Source: an uncultured Prevotellaceae bacterium (GTDB lineage Bacteria; Bacteroidota; Bacteroidia; Bacteroidales; Bacteroidaceae). From it: 64,000 bases of DNA. The DNA lies in contig ONFA01000008.1 of the NCBI GenBank assembly GCA_900316975.1, forward strand, positions 4,164-68,163. Direction: 5' to 3'. This document shows positions 22,826 through 32,493 of this stretch, piece after piece. Every line of letters starts with the position of its first letter. Within the stretch, counting starts at the first letter, position 1. A program made the translations under genes and the position numbers. Below the pieces are notes generated by a model. It searched no databases and was not told the DNA's origin. It worked only from the letters and a program-made list of their open reading frames with translations.

Positions 22826-22894
22826 CGACATCGACGACATCGGTTGATCGACATCGACGACATCGGCTGACCGACATCGACGACGTCGATATGG
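22826..22894. repeat. Three contiguous 23-bp direct repeats (iteron-like)
   Basis: The units are CGACATCGACGACATCGGTTGAT, CGACATCGACGACATCGGCTGAC and CGACATCGACGACGTCGATATGG. They are bracketed by a 10-bp inverted repeat, aaaatcgaca (22821-22830) and tgtcgatttt (22927-22936). Confidence 0.8.
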
Positions 22895-23062
22895 GCAGTA
22901 TTGAACAAGCCATTTTGACACAGCCTTGTCGATTTTGGGGTGGTGAAGTACCAAGGAATGGATGGTTGGTTTTCAGCAGAGAGGTGTAGAGGGAATCATA
23001 ACATCTGCTGTGCGCTTTTTGTTTTTTTATTAAAAAAATTTTGGTATCAAGAAAAAAGAACG

Positions 23063-23070
23063 TATCTTTG
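23063..23070 (+). promoter_or_regulatory. -7 box TATCTTTG for the TrmH-like gene
   Basis: Exact TAnnTTTG, 22 nt upstream of the ATG at 23092. Confidence 0.6.
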
Positions 23071-23091
23071 TAAAATTTAATGAGTTGAAGA

Positions 23092-23877
23092 ATGGAAGAA
23101 ATGAAGATTACAAGTATGCAGAACCCGCGTGTGAAGGCAGTGGTTACGTTGCAGCAGAAGTCGGCTGAAAGACGTCGGACTGGACTGTTTGTAGTGGAAG
23201 GGAAACGGGAGTTGGAGCATTGTGTGAGGATGGGACTGGAGGTGAAGGAGGTGTTTGTGTGCAGAGAGATTGCTGGAGAGGTGGAGGCGCAGACAAACAC
23301 TTTGGAGGTGAGCAAAGAGGTGTATGAGAAGATGGCATACCGCGGGAGTACGGAGGGTGTGATGGCGGTGGTAAAGAGTCAAGAAAGAAAATTGGAAGAT
23401 TTGAGACTAAGTCAAAATCCTCTGATTGTGGTGGTGGAGCGTGTGGAGAAGCCTGGGAACTTGGGAGCCATCTTACGAAGTGCCGATGCGGCTGGGGCTG
23501 ATGCGGTAGTGGTGTGCAACGCATTGACGGATTTGTGGAATCCGAATTTGATTCGCAGTTCTATTGGAGCGGTGTTTACGGTGCCCTGTGTAGTGTGCAG
23601 TAGTGAGGAGTGTATCGCATTCCTGAAGGCGAGGGGCATCCAGATATTGACGGCGCAGTTGCAGGATTCTGAACTGTACTACAATACGGATATGAAATGT
23701 GGAACCGCCATTGTGATGGGAACGGAATCGACGGGGTTGACGGAGGTGTGGCGCAAGGCGGCTGATGCGCACATCAGGATTCCGATGCTGGGACGGTTGG
23801 ATTCGCTTAATGTGAGCGTAAGTGCGGCGGTGCTGTTGTTTGAGGCTGTAAGACAGAGAGGGGGGAGTCAAGGTTAA
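23092..23877 (+). CDS. SpoU/TrmH-family RNA 2'-O-methyltransferase
   Basis: SpoU motifs KPGNLGAILRSADAAG, GTESTGLT and IPMLGRLDSLNVSVSAAVLLFE. Confidence 0.85.
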   Translation: MEEMKITSMQNPRVKAVVTLQQKSAERRRTGLFVVEGKRELEHCVRMGLEVKEVFVCREIAGEVEAQTNTLEVSKEVYEKMAYRGSTEGVMAVVKSQERKLEDLRLSQNPLIVVVERVEKPGNLGAILRSADAAGADAVVVCNALTDLWNPNLIRSSIGAVFTVPCVVCSSEECIAFLKARGIQILTAQLQDSELYYNTDMKCGTAIVMGTESTGLTEVWRKAADAHIRIPMLGRLDSLNVSVSAAVLLFEAVRQRGGSQG

Positions 23878-23934
23878 GGTTAGAGTCAAGGTTAGAGGGG
23901 ATGAGTAAGAAATAAAAACATAAAGATTAGTGAT

Positions 23935-26361
23935 ATGAAAAAAGTGATTGGATTATGCCTGATGATGATTTCAACGGTCGTGATGCTGGCACAAGAGGAG
24001 TATCACATCAAGAATTTCGGGGAAAATGATGAGTTGAAAGTGCGTGGCGCTACGTGTGTCACACAGGTCAATGGCTTTATATGGATCGGCACATCGAAGG
24101 GGTTTTGTGCTTTCGACGGCAATCACGTGTACCCTTACACTATTCCCGACCCAAACGGTATGGGTGGTTACTACAGCCGTGTGACGTCGTTGGCGCCTTT
24201 TTCTGATGAGGAATTGTGGATTGGCACCAAGAGGGGCATTTATGTGTTTAACTTTCGTGACGAGCACTTGCAGAAATTCACCACGAAGAATTTGCCAGAA
24301 TCCCCCAATGTACGTGCCATGCTGTTTGACCAAGAGGGGCGGTTGTGGACTATCATGAATAATCAGGCGTACCTGATTGACGTGAAGGAGAAGAAGGCGG
24401 AATGTATCGGTGAGGGGGTGGTCTCGCCCGTGTGCATGACGGTGGCAGAGAATGGCACCGTGTGGCTGGGCGACAATGAGGGCACTCTCTACCGCTATGA
24501 CTCGCCCAACCATCGGCTACGCTCATACAATGTGAAGCCCGAGGGAGCGAAGAAGTTCACAAACCTGGTGAGCATCACGGAAATGAGAAACCGCCAATTG
24601 GCTTTGGTAAGTTACAACGATGGCATCTGCATGTTCTCGCCAGAGAAATTCACCTCCAAGCTGCTACTGACGCACGACGACGAGGGCTTTCCCATTGTGG
24701 CGCACACCTCCATCACGCCCGATGGTGATGACCTTTGGATAGGAACTGAACGCGGTGTGGTCATTTACCACACGAGAGACAGGCATTTAAGCGGTATCCG
24801 CCAATCGCGCATGGCTGCCAATTCGATGTCAGACAATGCGGTACACTCGTTGTTTGTGGATAGGGAGAACGGGGTGTGGGCTGGCACTTATTTCGGAGGG
24901 ATGAACCGCATCAGCATTTCACCCCGCAATTTTTCGGTTTTCTTGTCAGAGGGCCTGGAGGCTGACGGGGATGTGGTTCGCGAGATTTGCGAAGACAATT
25001 ACGGACATTTGTGGGTGGGAACAGAGGACGGTGGTCTGTACTTGCTGAACGAGGAGAAGAATGTGCTGCAACTGGCTCATGTGGATTGGGAGGGTGCACC
25101 GCCACCATTCAACGTCCAATCGCTGATGATGGTGGGCGATGATGAACTGTGGGTATCGAGTCTGACAAATGGCATCTATGTGGTGGACACGCGCAGCATG
25201 CGGCTGAAACGCCGATATGAAAAGACGAACAGGACGATGCTTGGCAATCCGATTGGCGCCATCAGCATGTGCCACCAAAACGGAACGGTCTTTGCGAGTT
25301 CGTCGGCTGGCGTCTATATCTGGGACGAGAAGGAGGAAGTCTTCAACATGATGCCAGACATGAGCGGTGTGTATGCACACCACCTCTATGCCGACCGCCA
25401 CGGGAACGTGTGGGTGGCGACGTTCGACAAGGGACTATGGAAGATTCGGCAGAAAAACGGGAAATGGAGGGCTGAACAAACAAAGTTCGACTATAAGTGC
25501 GCCACGGTGGTCATGGAGGACTCGAGGGGGCTCTACTGGGTGGGAACGGACGTGAACGGTCTGATGAGTTACGATGACAAGACGGGCAAAACGGAGCAGT
25601 TGGACGTGTCGGAGCGGTTGTGTCACGAAACGGTGACCAACATCGTGGAAGACCACCATCACCGCTTGTGGATCAGCACATTCAACGGGTTGTACAGTTA
25701 CAACATCGGCAAGAAGGTGGTCAACCACGTGACGACGGCAAACGGGCTGCCTTCCACATACTTGAACTACTCGTCGGGCTACGTGGATGAAGACGGCATT
25801 GTCTATATTGGCACCTATAAGGGACTTGTGAGCTTCAATCCCTCGTCGTTCGTCTTGTCGAGAGAGCGCTTGAAGCCTTATTTCCTCAGTCTGCACATGA
25901 ACGGAAAGCATATTGTTCCCAACGACGAGACAGGCATCTTGAAACAGACGCTGTACCAGACGAAGGAAATCACGCTGACCCACGACCAAAACACGTTCAG
26001 CATTGACTATGCCGTTCCGACCTACAGAAGCGGCGAGGTCGTGTGGTACCGATACAGGATGAACCCTGATGAACCGTGGGTGATAACGGAAAACGCACGC
26101 CCCATCCAAGTGACCAATCTCTCAACGGGTACATACAAAATCACCCTACAGGCCAGTTTTAACCCTGAACGCTGGGAGGGGGAAGCGGCTACAATCACAC
26201 TAAAGGTGGCTGCACCGACTTGGTTGAGTCTGGGCGCCTTCATCGGCTATGCCGCAGTGATTGTCATGATAGTGGTGGTGGTGATGTCGCAAATTAAGAA
26301 GAAAGAAATACGGAAATTAACTAACCAAGAGAATTCGACAAAGGAGGACCATCAAGAATGA
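23935..26361 (+). CDS. HTCS-type periplasmic sensor only (two-component regulator propeller repeats + Y_Y_Y + one TM, no kinase)
   Basis: At least 10 repeats of the (L/V)W(I/V)GT..G(L/I) type. Y_Y_Y segment VWYRYRMNPDEPW...TGTYKITLQA. TM segment WLSLGAFIGYAAVIVMIVVVVM. The cytoplasmic tail is only about 27 aa. Confidence 0.85.
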   Translation: MKKVIGLCLMMISTVVMLAQEEYHIKNFGENDELKVRGATCVTQVNGFIWIGTSKGFCAFDGNHVYPYTIPDPNGMGGYYSRVTSLAPFSDEELWIGTKRGIYVFNFRDEHLQKFTTKNLPESPNVRAMLFDQEGRLWTIMNNQAYLIDVKEKKAECIGEGVVSPVCMTVAENGTVWLGDNEGTLYRYDSPNHRLRSYNVKPEGAKKFTNLVSITEMRNRQLALVSYNDGICMFSPEKFTSKLLLTHDDEGFPIVAHTSITPDGDDLWIGTERGVVIYHTRDRHLSGIRQSRMAANSMSDNAVHSLFVDRENGVWAGTYFGGMNRISISPRNFSVFLSEGLEADGDVVREICEDNYGHLWVGTEDGGLYLLNEEKNVLQLAHVDWEGAPPPFNVQSLMMVGDDELWVSSLTNGIYVVDTRSMRLKRRYEKTNRTMLGNPIGAISMCHQNGTVFASSSAGVYIWDEKEEVFNMMPDMSGVYAHHLYADRHGNVWVATFDKGLWKIRQKNGKWRAEQTKFDYKCATVVMEDSRGLYWVGTDVNGLMSYDDKTGKTEQLDVSERLCHETVTNIVEDHHHRLWISTFNGLYSYNIGKKVVNHVTTANGLPSTYLNYSSGYVDEDGIVYIGTYKGLVSFNPSSFVLSRERLKPYFLSLHMNGKHIVPNDETGILKQTLYQTKEITLTHDQNTFSIDYAVPTYRSGEVVWYRYRMNPDEPWVITENARPIQVTNLSTGTYKITLQASFNPERWEGEAATITLKVAAPTWLSLGAFIGYAAVIVMIVVVVMSQIKKKEIRKLTNQENSTKEDHQE

Positions 26362-27842
26362 ACAGAATTGGGATGCTTATCACCGCGCTGCTACTGACGT
26401 CAACGAACATCATGGCACAGGAGGAGGAGGAGGATTTTGATGTACGCGGACACATTGAACATATAGGTACTGGACAGATGCTGTCACCCCAAAAGGGAAT
26501 GCGGAGGATAGGGACTACCGCCACTGCTCCCCTCACCTGTATGGGATCGCCCAAAGTGCCTGTAATTTTAGTGCAATTCGCTGACAGTTCGTTCAGCGTG
26601 AAAGAGGATGAGGAAGCGGTCAAGCAAGTCTATCAAGAGCTCTTCAATGCAACAGAAGGAATTCACCCTGGCACATCGTTCTGTTCCGTGAAGGAGTATT
26701 TCCGTGAGCAGTCCGATGGACAGTTCACGCCCGACTTCGACATCATCGGACCTGTGACGCTTTCCAAAAATCTTGCCTATTACGGTGAGGACAAAAACGG
26801 AGTGAAAGACATTCACATCAACGAGTTCTATACAGAAGCGTGCCAACTGGCGGTGGCGCAACATGAAGCGGATTGGAACCGATATGACAACGATGGAAAC
26901 GGGGTTGTGGATTTCATTTTCTTTATCTACGCAGGACATGGACAGAACCAAAAGGGGATAGATTCAAATGCCATCTGGCCTAAGGAGAAACCTATATATT
27001 CCGCCGTTAAAGATGACAACTCCGACATCTATTTCGGTTCCATTGGCTGCACCTGCGAATTGTACAAAAACAACATGGACGGCATCGGAGCCTGCACCCA
27101 TGAGTTGTGTCACGGATTAGGGCTTCCCGACTTCTACGATACAAACTATCAAGCATACGGGCTGGACTATTGGGACGTGATGGATACTGGATGCTACAAA
27201 ATCTCAGGACGCATGCCCGTAGGTTTTTCGGCATACGAACGGGATTTCATGGGGTGGCGGAAATTGGTGGAACTGAATCCTGATTCCGCTTATAGCTTGA
27301 CCCTTGACCCTCTGGAAACAGGAGGCGTGGCGTATAAAGTGGTGAACAAGGCTAACGAAAACGAGTACTTCATCCTTGAAAACCGCCAAGAAATCGGGTC
27401 AGACAAATATCTGGGTTGGGCTACCAGTTCACAATACACAAAATACGGTGCAAACCACGGACTGATGATTACGCATGTAGATTACAGTCTGTCAGCATGG
27501 AACTTAAACACCGTGAATACAGACAAATCCCATCAGCGCATCACGATTGTTCCCGCCGATGGAGAACTGATTTCTTCCAATGAACGTACAGACTCCCAAT
27601 GGGCCATATCGTTGCATGGTGACCTCTACCCTGGCGACAACAATGTGACCGAAATGAGTTCCTACGATGTCTTCACAGGTGGAACGCTCGGACAAACGAT
27701 TGACAATATCGTGGAGCATGAAGATGGCACCATCACCCTTGACATCAATGGTGGCAAAAAAGCCCCGGATAATCCAGACAACCCAGACAATCCAGAAGAC
27801 CCCGACGGTCTCTACGAGCCTGACGTACCTTCCATCGCATAA
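26358..27842 (+). CDS. Secreted M6-family (InhA-like) metalloprotease domain protein
   Basis: Signal peptide MNRIGMLITALLLTSTNIMAQ. Zinc motif HELCHGLGLPDFYD. PDNPDNPDNPEDPD tail. The start overlaps the upstream stop (ATGA at 26358-26361). Confidence 0.75.
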   Translation: MNRIGMLITALLLTSTNIMAQEEEEDFDVRGHIEHIGTGQMLSPQKGMRRIGTTATAPLTCMGSPKVPVILVQFADSSFSVKEDEEAVKQVYQELFNATEGIHPGTSFCSVKEYFREQSDGQFTPDFDIIGPVTLSKNLAYYGEDKNGVKDIHINEFYTEACQLAVAQHEADWNRYDNDGNGVVDFIFFIYAGHGQNQKGIDSNAIWPKEKPIYSAVKDDNSDIYFGSIGCTCELYKNNMDGIGACTHELCHGLGLPDFYDTNYQAYGLDYWDVMDTGCYKISGRMPVGFSAYERDFMGWRKLVELNPDSAYSLTLDPLETGGVAYKVVNKANENEYFILENRQEIGSDKYLGWATSSQYTKYGANHGLMITHVDYSLSAWNLNTVNTDKSHQRITIVPADGELISSNERTDSQWAISLHGDLYPGDNNVTEMSSYDVFTGGTLGQTIDNIVEHEDGTITLDINGGKKAPDNPDNPDNPEDPDGLYEPDVPSIA

Positions 27843-27861
27843 ACACCATATAAAAAGGGCG

Positions 27862-27897
27862 GACCCTGCAAAGTGCCTAAGGCAACTTTGCAGGGTC
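27862..27897. terminator. Bidirectional hairpin between convergent genes
   Basis: A 13-bp perfect stem GACCCTGCAAAGT / ACTTTGCAGGGTC. The GH67 stop codon (27877-27879) lies in the loop, and the right arm encodes the last residues of GH67. Confidence 0.7.
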
Positions 27898-29664
27898 TGC
27901 TGCTGTATAATTATCCATCCGAAGATGGTAGTTCATCACCTGCTCCAAAGTGAAATGGAAGGCAGGGCTATCAGGTGGAAGCGGACGGTGGGAGAAGGTC
28001 TGGAAATACAACAGACAAGCATCGCGCCACCATTGTGCATCCTTCGCCTGACGCTCAAAACGCCACAACTGCTCTTTATATTGTTCTTCCGGGACGTATG
28101 GTTTCATCGCCTCCCAAGTCTTGACAAACTCGTTTGCTTGGCGAACACCACGGTCATACGTATAGCAAAGATTGTCCCACAAAGAAAGCCCATTGCTCAA
28201 CGTCTCATCCCAAGCCACATGATGGAACCAAAGAATGAGGTTCTCAGGACATATTTCCTTATTATATAATGTACGCAAAGGCTCTGGATACTGGCTCACA
28301 TTGTTGGAACCAGCATTGCCTGCCAAACATGGTTCCTCATGGTCAGAACGGTTGAAACCGATACCGATGGAATCCACACGATGATAGAAACGTGGCAGCC
28401 AGTCTTCACGGGAACCACGAGGAGCATACCAAGGCTCAGGACCATAATGATGTCCACCGGCAAAAATGTGATGTAAACCCAGTGGCATCATATAATCCAC
28501 CACCGCTTCACGGCTTCTCAGAAGCAACTGCGTCATGGGGCGAAGGAAGTCTGGATTCTCCGTCTTGTAATAGTCGCGCAAGAAATCCTCAGCAATCTCT
28601 TTCGAAGAAGCATCCACATCATTAGCCAATCGACCGAAAGCATACCAGTTTGCCATCGCAAGGTCATTGGCTGTCCAGTTCGGACTGTCGCCAATATTGG
28701 AAACACCTGCCAAACCCACAAGATTAGGCATCTTTCCAAACATATTCAATGTATCAAAGAATTCCCGCCACATCGGAGCCAAGAAGCACGTATGAATGCT
28801 TTCGCCCGTATATTCCTGTGTAATCTGAAACTCCACCATCATCTTCGTCTTCTTCAATCCGAAGAACAAAGGAGACACAGCCTCACGAGGTTGGAAATCA
28901 ATCGGTCCATTCTTGATTTGGATGATGACATTATCTGCAAACTGACCATCGAAATGGATGAACTCCTCGTATGCCTGATTGGCACGGTCGCCTTCGTATG
29001 CACGTTGAGCAGGAGTCTTCTGAGTTCCTTCCCCACTCTTTGCAGAATAGACAAAAGCACGCCACATCACAATGCCGCCATAAGGTTTCAAAGCCGTTGC
29101 CAACATATTGGCACCATCCACGTGTGTGCGTCCATAATCCATCGGACCTGGTTCACCCTCACTGTTTGCCTTCACCAAGAAACCTCCGAAATCCGGAATC
29201 AGCCCATAGATCTCTTTTGCCTTCTTTTTCCACCACTCCTGCACCTTCTCATCCAGTGGGTCAGCAGTTTCCACGTCACCCAATGCCTTTGGGGACGCAA
29301 AATTAACGGAAAGATAGACCTTCAAGCCATAGGGACGCAACACATCTGCAATCTTTGCCGTCTTCTTCAACATATCCGAAGAGAGCGCAATAGGCTTGGC
29401 ATTCACGTTGTTGAGCACCGTGCCATTGATGCCATACTCCTTGTTGATGCGTCCATACTCCTCATAACGGGCTTTCAATTCCTTAGGCATGGAACCTTTT
29501 CCTGCTGGAATCTCATCCCACTTCCAGATAGAACGTCCGGCAAAGCCACGTTCAACAGTGCCATTAGGATTGTCCCAATGGTTGAGCAGACGCAATTCAA
29601 ATGTCTGTCCCCATGCGAGGTGGCAGACTATCAGCATCATAAAGGTGAAAAAAGTCTTTCTCAT
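27877..29664 (-). CDS. Alpha-glucuronidase, GH67-like (lacks the usual N-terminal domain length)
   Basis: LLNHWDNPNGTVERGFAGRSIWKW resembles the conserved GH67 central-domain entry motif. Signal peptide present. Sits in a xylan-utilisation context. Confidence 0.7.
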   Translation of the reverse strand: MRKTFFTFMMLIVCHLAWGQTFELRLLNHWDNPNGTVERGFAGRSIWKWDEIPAGKGSMPKELKARYEEYGRINKEYGINGTVLNNVNAKPIALSSDMLKKTAKIADVLRPYGLKVYLSVNFASPKALGDVETADPLDEKVQEWWKKKAKEIYGLIPDFGGFLVKANSEGEPGPMDYGRTHVDGANMLATALKPYGGIVMWRAFVYSAKSGEGTQKTPAQRAYEGDRANQAYEEFIHFDGQFADNVIIQIKNGPIDFQPREAVSPLFFGLKKTKMMVEFQITQEYTGESIHTCFLAPMWREFFDTLNMFGKMPNLVGLAGVSNIGDSPNWTANDLAMANWYAFGRLANDVDASSKEIAEDFLRDYYKTENPDFLRPMTQLLLRSREAVVDYMMPLGLHHIFAGGHHYGPEPWYAPRGSREDWLPRFYHRVDSIGIGFNRSDHEEPCLAGNAGSNNVSQYPEPLRTLYNKEICPENLILWFHHVAWDETLSNGLSLWDNLCYTYDRGVRQANEFVKTWEAMKPYVPEEQYKEQLWRFERQAKDAQWWRDACLLYFQTFSHRPLPPDSPAFHFTLEQVMNYHLRMDNYTAADPAKLP

Positions 29665-29699
29665 CTTGGAAAGTTTACTATAGATTGATCACGTAAGAA

Positions 29700-30974
29700 T
29701 TAATCTCGACGGAAGATGTCACGGGTATAAACCTTCTCCTGCACATCGTCAAGGCAGGAATCATAACGGTTGGCAATGATGGCTTGTGACTGTTCCTTGA
29801 ACTTGGCAAGGTCATTGACCACCTTCGAACCAAAGAATGTCGTGCCATCCTCCAAGGTCGGCTCATAGATGATGACCGTCGCACCTTTTGCCTTGATGCG
29901 CTTCATGACGCCTTGGATGGACGACTGACGGAAGTTGTCGGAGTTGCTCTTCATCGTCAGACGGAACACACCGATAATGACCTCCTTCTCCACATCCTGG
30001 CTCCAGCGTATGCGGTTGGAATAACTGTAATACCCTGCCATCTGCAACACACGGTCGGCAATGAAGTCCTTTCTCGTGCGGTTACTCTCCACTATGGCTG
30101 TCATCATCTGCTGAGGCACATCCTGATAGTTCGCCAGGAGTTGTTTCGTATCCTTCGGCAGACAGTAGCCGCCATAACCGAACGACGGGTTGTTATAGTG
30201 CGTGCCGATGCGCGGGTCAAGACCCACGCCCTGAATGATTGCCCGAGCGTCCAGTCCCTTCACCTCGGCATAGGTGTCCAGTTCGTTGAAGTAACTCACA
30301 CGAAGTGCCAGATACGTGTTGGCAAAGAGTTTCACTGCCTCTGCCTCGGTCAGCCCCATGTGGAGCACATCAATGTTCTCCTTTACGGCACCTTCCTGCA
30401 ACAACTTCGCAAACGTGTCCGCCGCATCATGCAGTTCTGCAGCATTCTTCACCTCAATGCGCTTGGGTGAACCCACGATGATGCGCGAAGGGTAAAGATT
30501 GTCGTAAAGTGCCTTGCTCTCGCGCAGAAACTCCGGCGAGAAAAGCAACTTCATGGCATAGCCATATTTCTTGTAGAGACCCTCCGTATAACCCACGGGG
30601 ATGGTCGATTTGATCACCATGACCGCATCGGGGTTCACCTCCAAGACCAAATCGATGACCTCTTCCACATGCGACGTGTCGAAGTAGTTCTTCACGGGGT
30701 CATAGTTCGTCGGGGCGGCGATGACCACAAAGTCAGCATCCGCATACGCCTTCTTTCCATCGAGCGTTGCCGTCAGGTTCAGTTCCTTTTCCGACAAGAA
30801 CTTCTCGATATATTCATCCTGAATGGGTGATTTCCTGTTATTGATGAGATCCACCTTCTCGGGAATCACATCCACGGCAGTCACCTGGTGGTGCTGCGCC
30901 AACAAAGTGGCAATGCTCAGACCTACATAACCGGTTCCTGCCACTGCCACTTGAATGTCCTTAAATTGTCTCAT
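29700..30974 (-). CDS. ugd: UDP-glucose 6-dehydrogenase / nucleotide-sugar dehydrogenase
   Basis: Rossmann motif [26 protein letters not shown] contains the catalytic Cys motif. The start overlaps the upstream CDS by 14 nt. Confidence 0.9.
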   Translation of the reverse strand: MRQFKDIQVAVAGTGYVGLSIATLLAQHHQVTAVDVIPEKVDLINNRKSPIQDEYIEKFLSEKELNLTATLDGKKAYADADFVVIAAPTNYDPVKNYFDTSHVEEVIDLVLEVNPDAVMVIKSTIPVGYTEGLYKKYGYAMKLLFSPEFLRESKALYDNLYPSRIIVGSPKRIEVKNAAELHDAADTFAKLLQEGAVKENIDVLHMGLTEAEAVKLFANTYLALRVSYFNELDTYAEVKGLDARAIIQGVGLDPRIGTHYNNPSFGYGGYCLPKDTKQLLANYQDVPQQMMTAIVESNRTRKDFIADRVLQMAGYYSYSNRIRWSQDVEKEVIIGVFRLTMKSNSDNFRQSSIQGVMKRIKAKGATVIIYEPTLEDGTTFFGSKVVNDLAKFKEQSQAIIANRYDSCLDDVQEKVYTRDIFRRD

Positions 30975-32385
30975 ATCCTTTTTTTAATTTTTCCTCACGG
31001 AACTTCTTTCCATACTCCGATGGCGACATGCCATATTCAGCCTTGAAATTTTCCGTGAAACGCTTTGGGTTCGCATATCCGAGTTCGGCTGCAATGTCAG
31101 CAATCGGCATCGTCGTCTGTTCCAGATACTGTTTGCCACGCTTCAGACGAATCGTGCGGATGAACTCCGCAGGTCCCTTGCCTGTAATATTGATGAGTTT
31201 TTTATACAGATAAGTACGGCTTAGCGACAGTTCATGACCAAGCACTTCCACCGAAAACTCGGTGTCTGACATGTGTTCTTCACAAATCTTGATAGCACGC
31301 TGAATGAATTGTTCGTCCATCGACGTAATCGTGATTTCGCTCGGTGCCACATCAATCTTCTCGCGAAACTGACGCTGACGGGATTCCTTCTTCTCAATGA
31401 ACTTCTTCACTCTCAGACGGAGCATCTCCACATTGAACGGCTTCGTGATGTAGTCATCCGCGCCAATGCGCAAGCCTTCCATCTCCAATTGGTCGCCCCG
31501 ACGTCCTGTCAAGAGAATGACGGGAATATGCGACCATCGCAAGTCTGTCTTGATACGCTTGCAGAGTTCCAGACCGTCCATTTTCGGCATCGTCACGTCA
31601 CTCACCACCAAATCAATGCTGTCGTTCTCCTCCAGACGTTGCAATGCCACCTCACCGTTATTAGCAGTGATGACATTATATTCACCTCGGAAATAATCAT
31701 GCACGAAACGGCACATGTCAGGACTGTCGTCCACCATCAGCATGGTGAAGCGTTCGTCAGGCTGACCGTCACCCGTTGCCTGTTGTGCCCTATCCGTAAC
31801 CACCGCTGCCGCATTGTTATCATCAATTCCAACAGGCTCCGTCCGTTGTCCTTTGTCCGTTGTCTGTTGTCCGTTGTCTGTTGTCCGTTGTCCCCTATCT
31901 GGCACGACAGTAGCCGGAACCTGCGTCATCACAGCATCCACAGGAGGGATCATGGCAGAGACCACATTACCCTTCACACCGGCAGGCAACATATTCACTT
32001 GGTGCAACAGCAACTGGGCATTTCTCAGAATCATTTGTACACGCACCCTCACATCGTCAGTCAATGGTTCAGCCGCCATCTGTTGCAGCGGACTGATAAT
32101 GAGCGTAATGGGCGTCAACAATTCTTGACTCACCCCCGACAGCACCTGCTGTTTCAACTCCTCCAGTTCTTTCCGATGCTCCGAACGCATACGAAGCCTT
32201 TCAGCCTCTTGCTTTTTATGTTCACGCGTGAGTATCCAGCGGCAGAGGGCATAAACCCCTATCGCCACCAGCAGTACAGCGAACAAGACAGCCCACATGG
32301 AACCTTGTGTGAAGATTCCATCGCCATCTGTTGTCACCGCTTCTGCAATCAAAATGTTTCCCATGTGCGAAGTCATTTTATCCAT
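30961..32385 (-). CDS. HTCS remnant: short exo-stub + TM + degenerate DHp (His replaced by Gln) + REC + AraC HTH; no sensor, no ATPase domain
   Basis: TM segment [37 protein letters not shown] occupies the place of the SHEFRTPLTLI H-box. REC domain ([22 protein letters not shown]). AraC HTH ([25 protein letters not shown]). Confidence 0.85.
   Translation of the reverse strand: MDKMTSHMGNILIAEAVTTDGDGIFTQGSMWAVLFAVLLVAIGVYALCRWILTREHKKQEAERLRMRSEHRKELEELKQQVLSGVSQELLTPITLIISPLQQMAAEPLTDDVRVRVQMILRNAQLLLHQVNMLPAGVKGNVVSAMIPPVDAVMTQVPATVVPDRGQRTTDNGQQTTDKGQRTEPVGIDDNNAAAVVTDRAQQATGDGQPDERFTMLMVDDSPDMCRFVHDYFRGEYNVITANNGEVALQRLEENDSIDLVVSDVTMPKMDGLELCKRIKTDLRWSHIPVILLTGRRGDQLEMEGLRIGADDYITKPFNVEMLRLRVKKFIEKKESRQRQFREKIDVAPSEITITSMDEQFIQRAIKICEEHMSDTEFSVEVLGHELSLSRTYLYKKLINITGKGPAEFIRTIRLKRGKQYLEQTTMPIADIAAELGYANPKRFTENFKAEYGMSPSEYGKKFREEKLKKGYETI
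31841..31896. repeat. Eight tandem heptanucleotides GTCYNTT inside the CDS linker
   Basis: gtccgtt gtccttt gtccgtt gtctgtt gtccgtt gtctgtt gtccgtt gtcccct. It encodes the 7-aa periodic stretch [19 protein letters not shown]. Confidence 0.85.
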
Positions 32386-32493
32386 TGATGATGCAAAATT
32401 AGTAAAAATAATTCATTTCAAGTGTTTTTACTGCATCTTTTTTTCATCATCACTGGTGCAGAAGCCGTTTTTGTTTCCCAAAGGGGGCAAAAT

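Noticed and set aside
22826-22894. Possible CRISPR array
   Set aside because: The repeats are directly contiguous with no spacers, there are only three units, and no cas genes occur in the window.
22809-23382. 168-aa and 101-aa minus-strand ORFs upstream of and overlapping the TrmH-like gene
   Set aside because: They read through the tandem repeats, the promoter and the antisense of the methyltransferase. They are low-complexity with no support.
28792-29688. 298-aa ORF on the plus strand
   Set aside because: It is a shadow ORF antisense to the GH67-like gene.
31273-32388. 371-aa ORF on the plus strand
   Set aside because: It is antisense to the REC-AraC gene. Its translation is dominated by His/Arg/Leu runs and by the heptad repeat.
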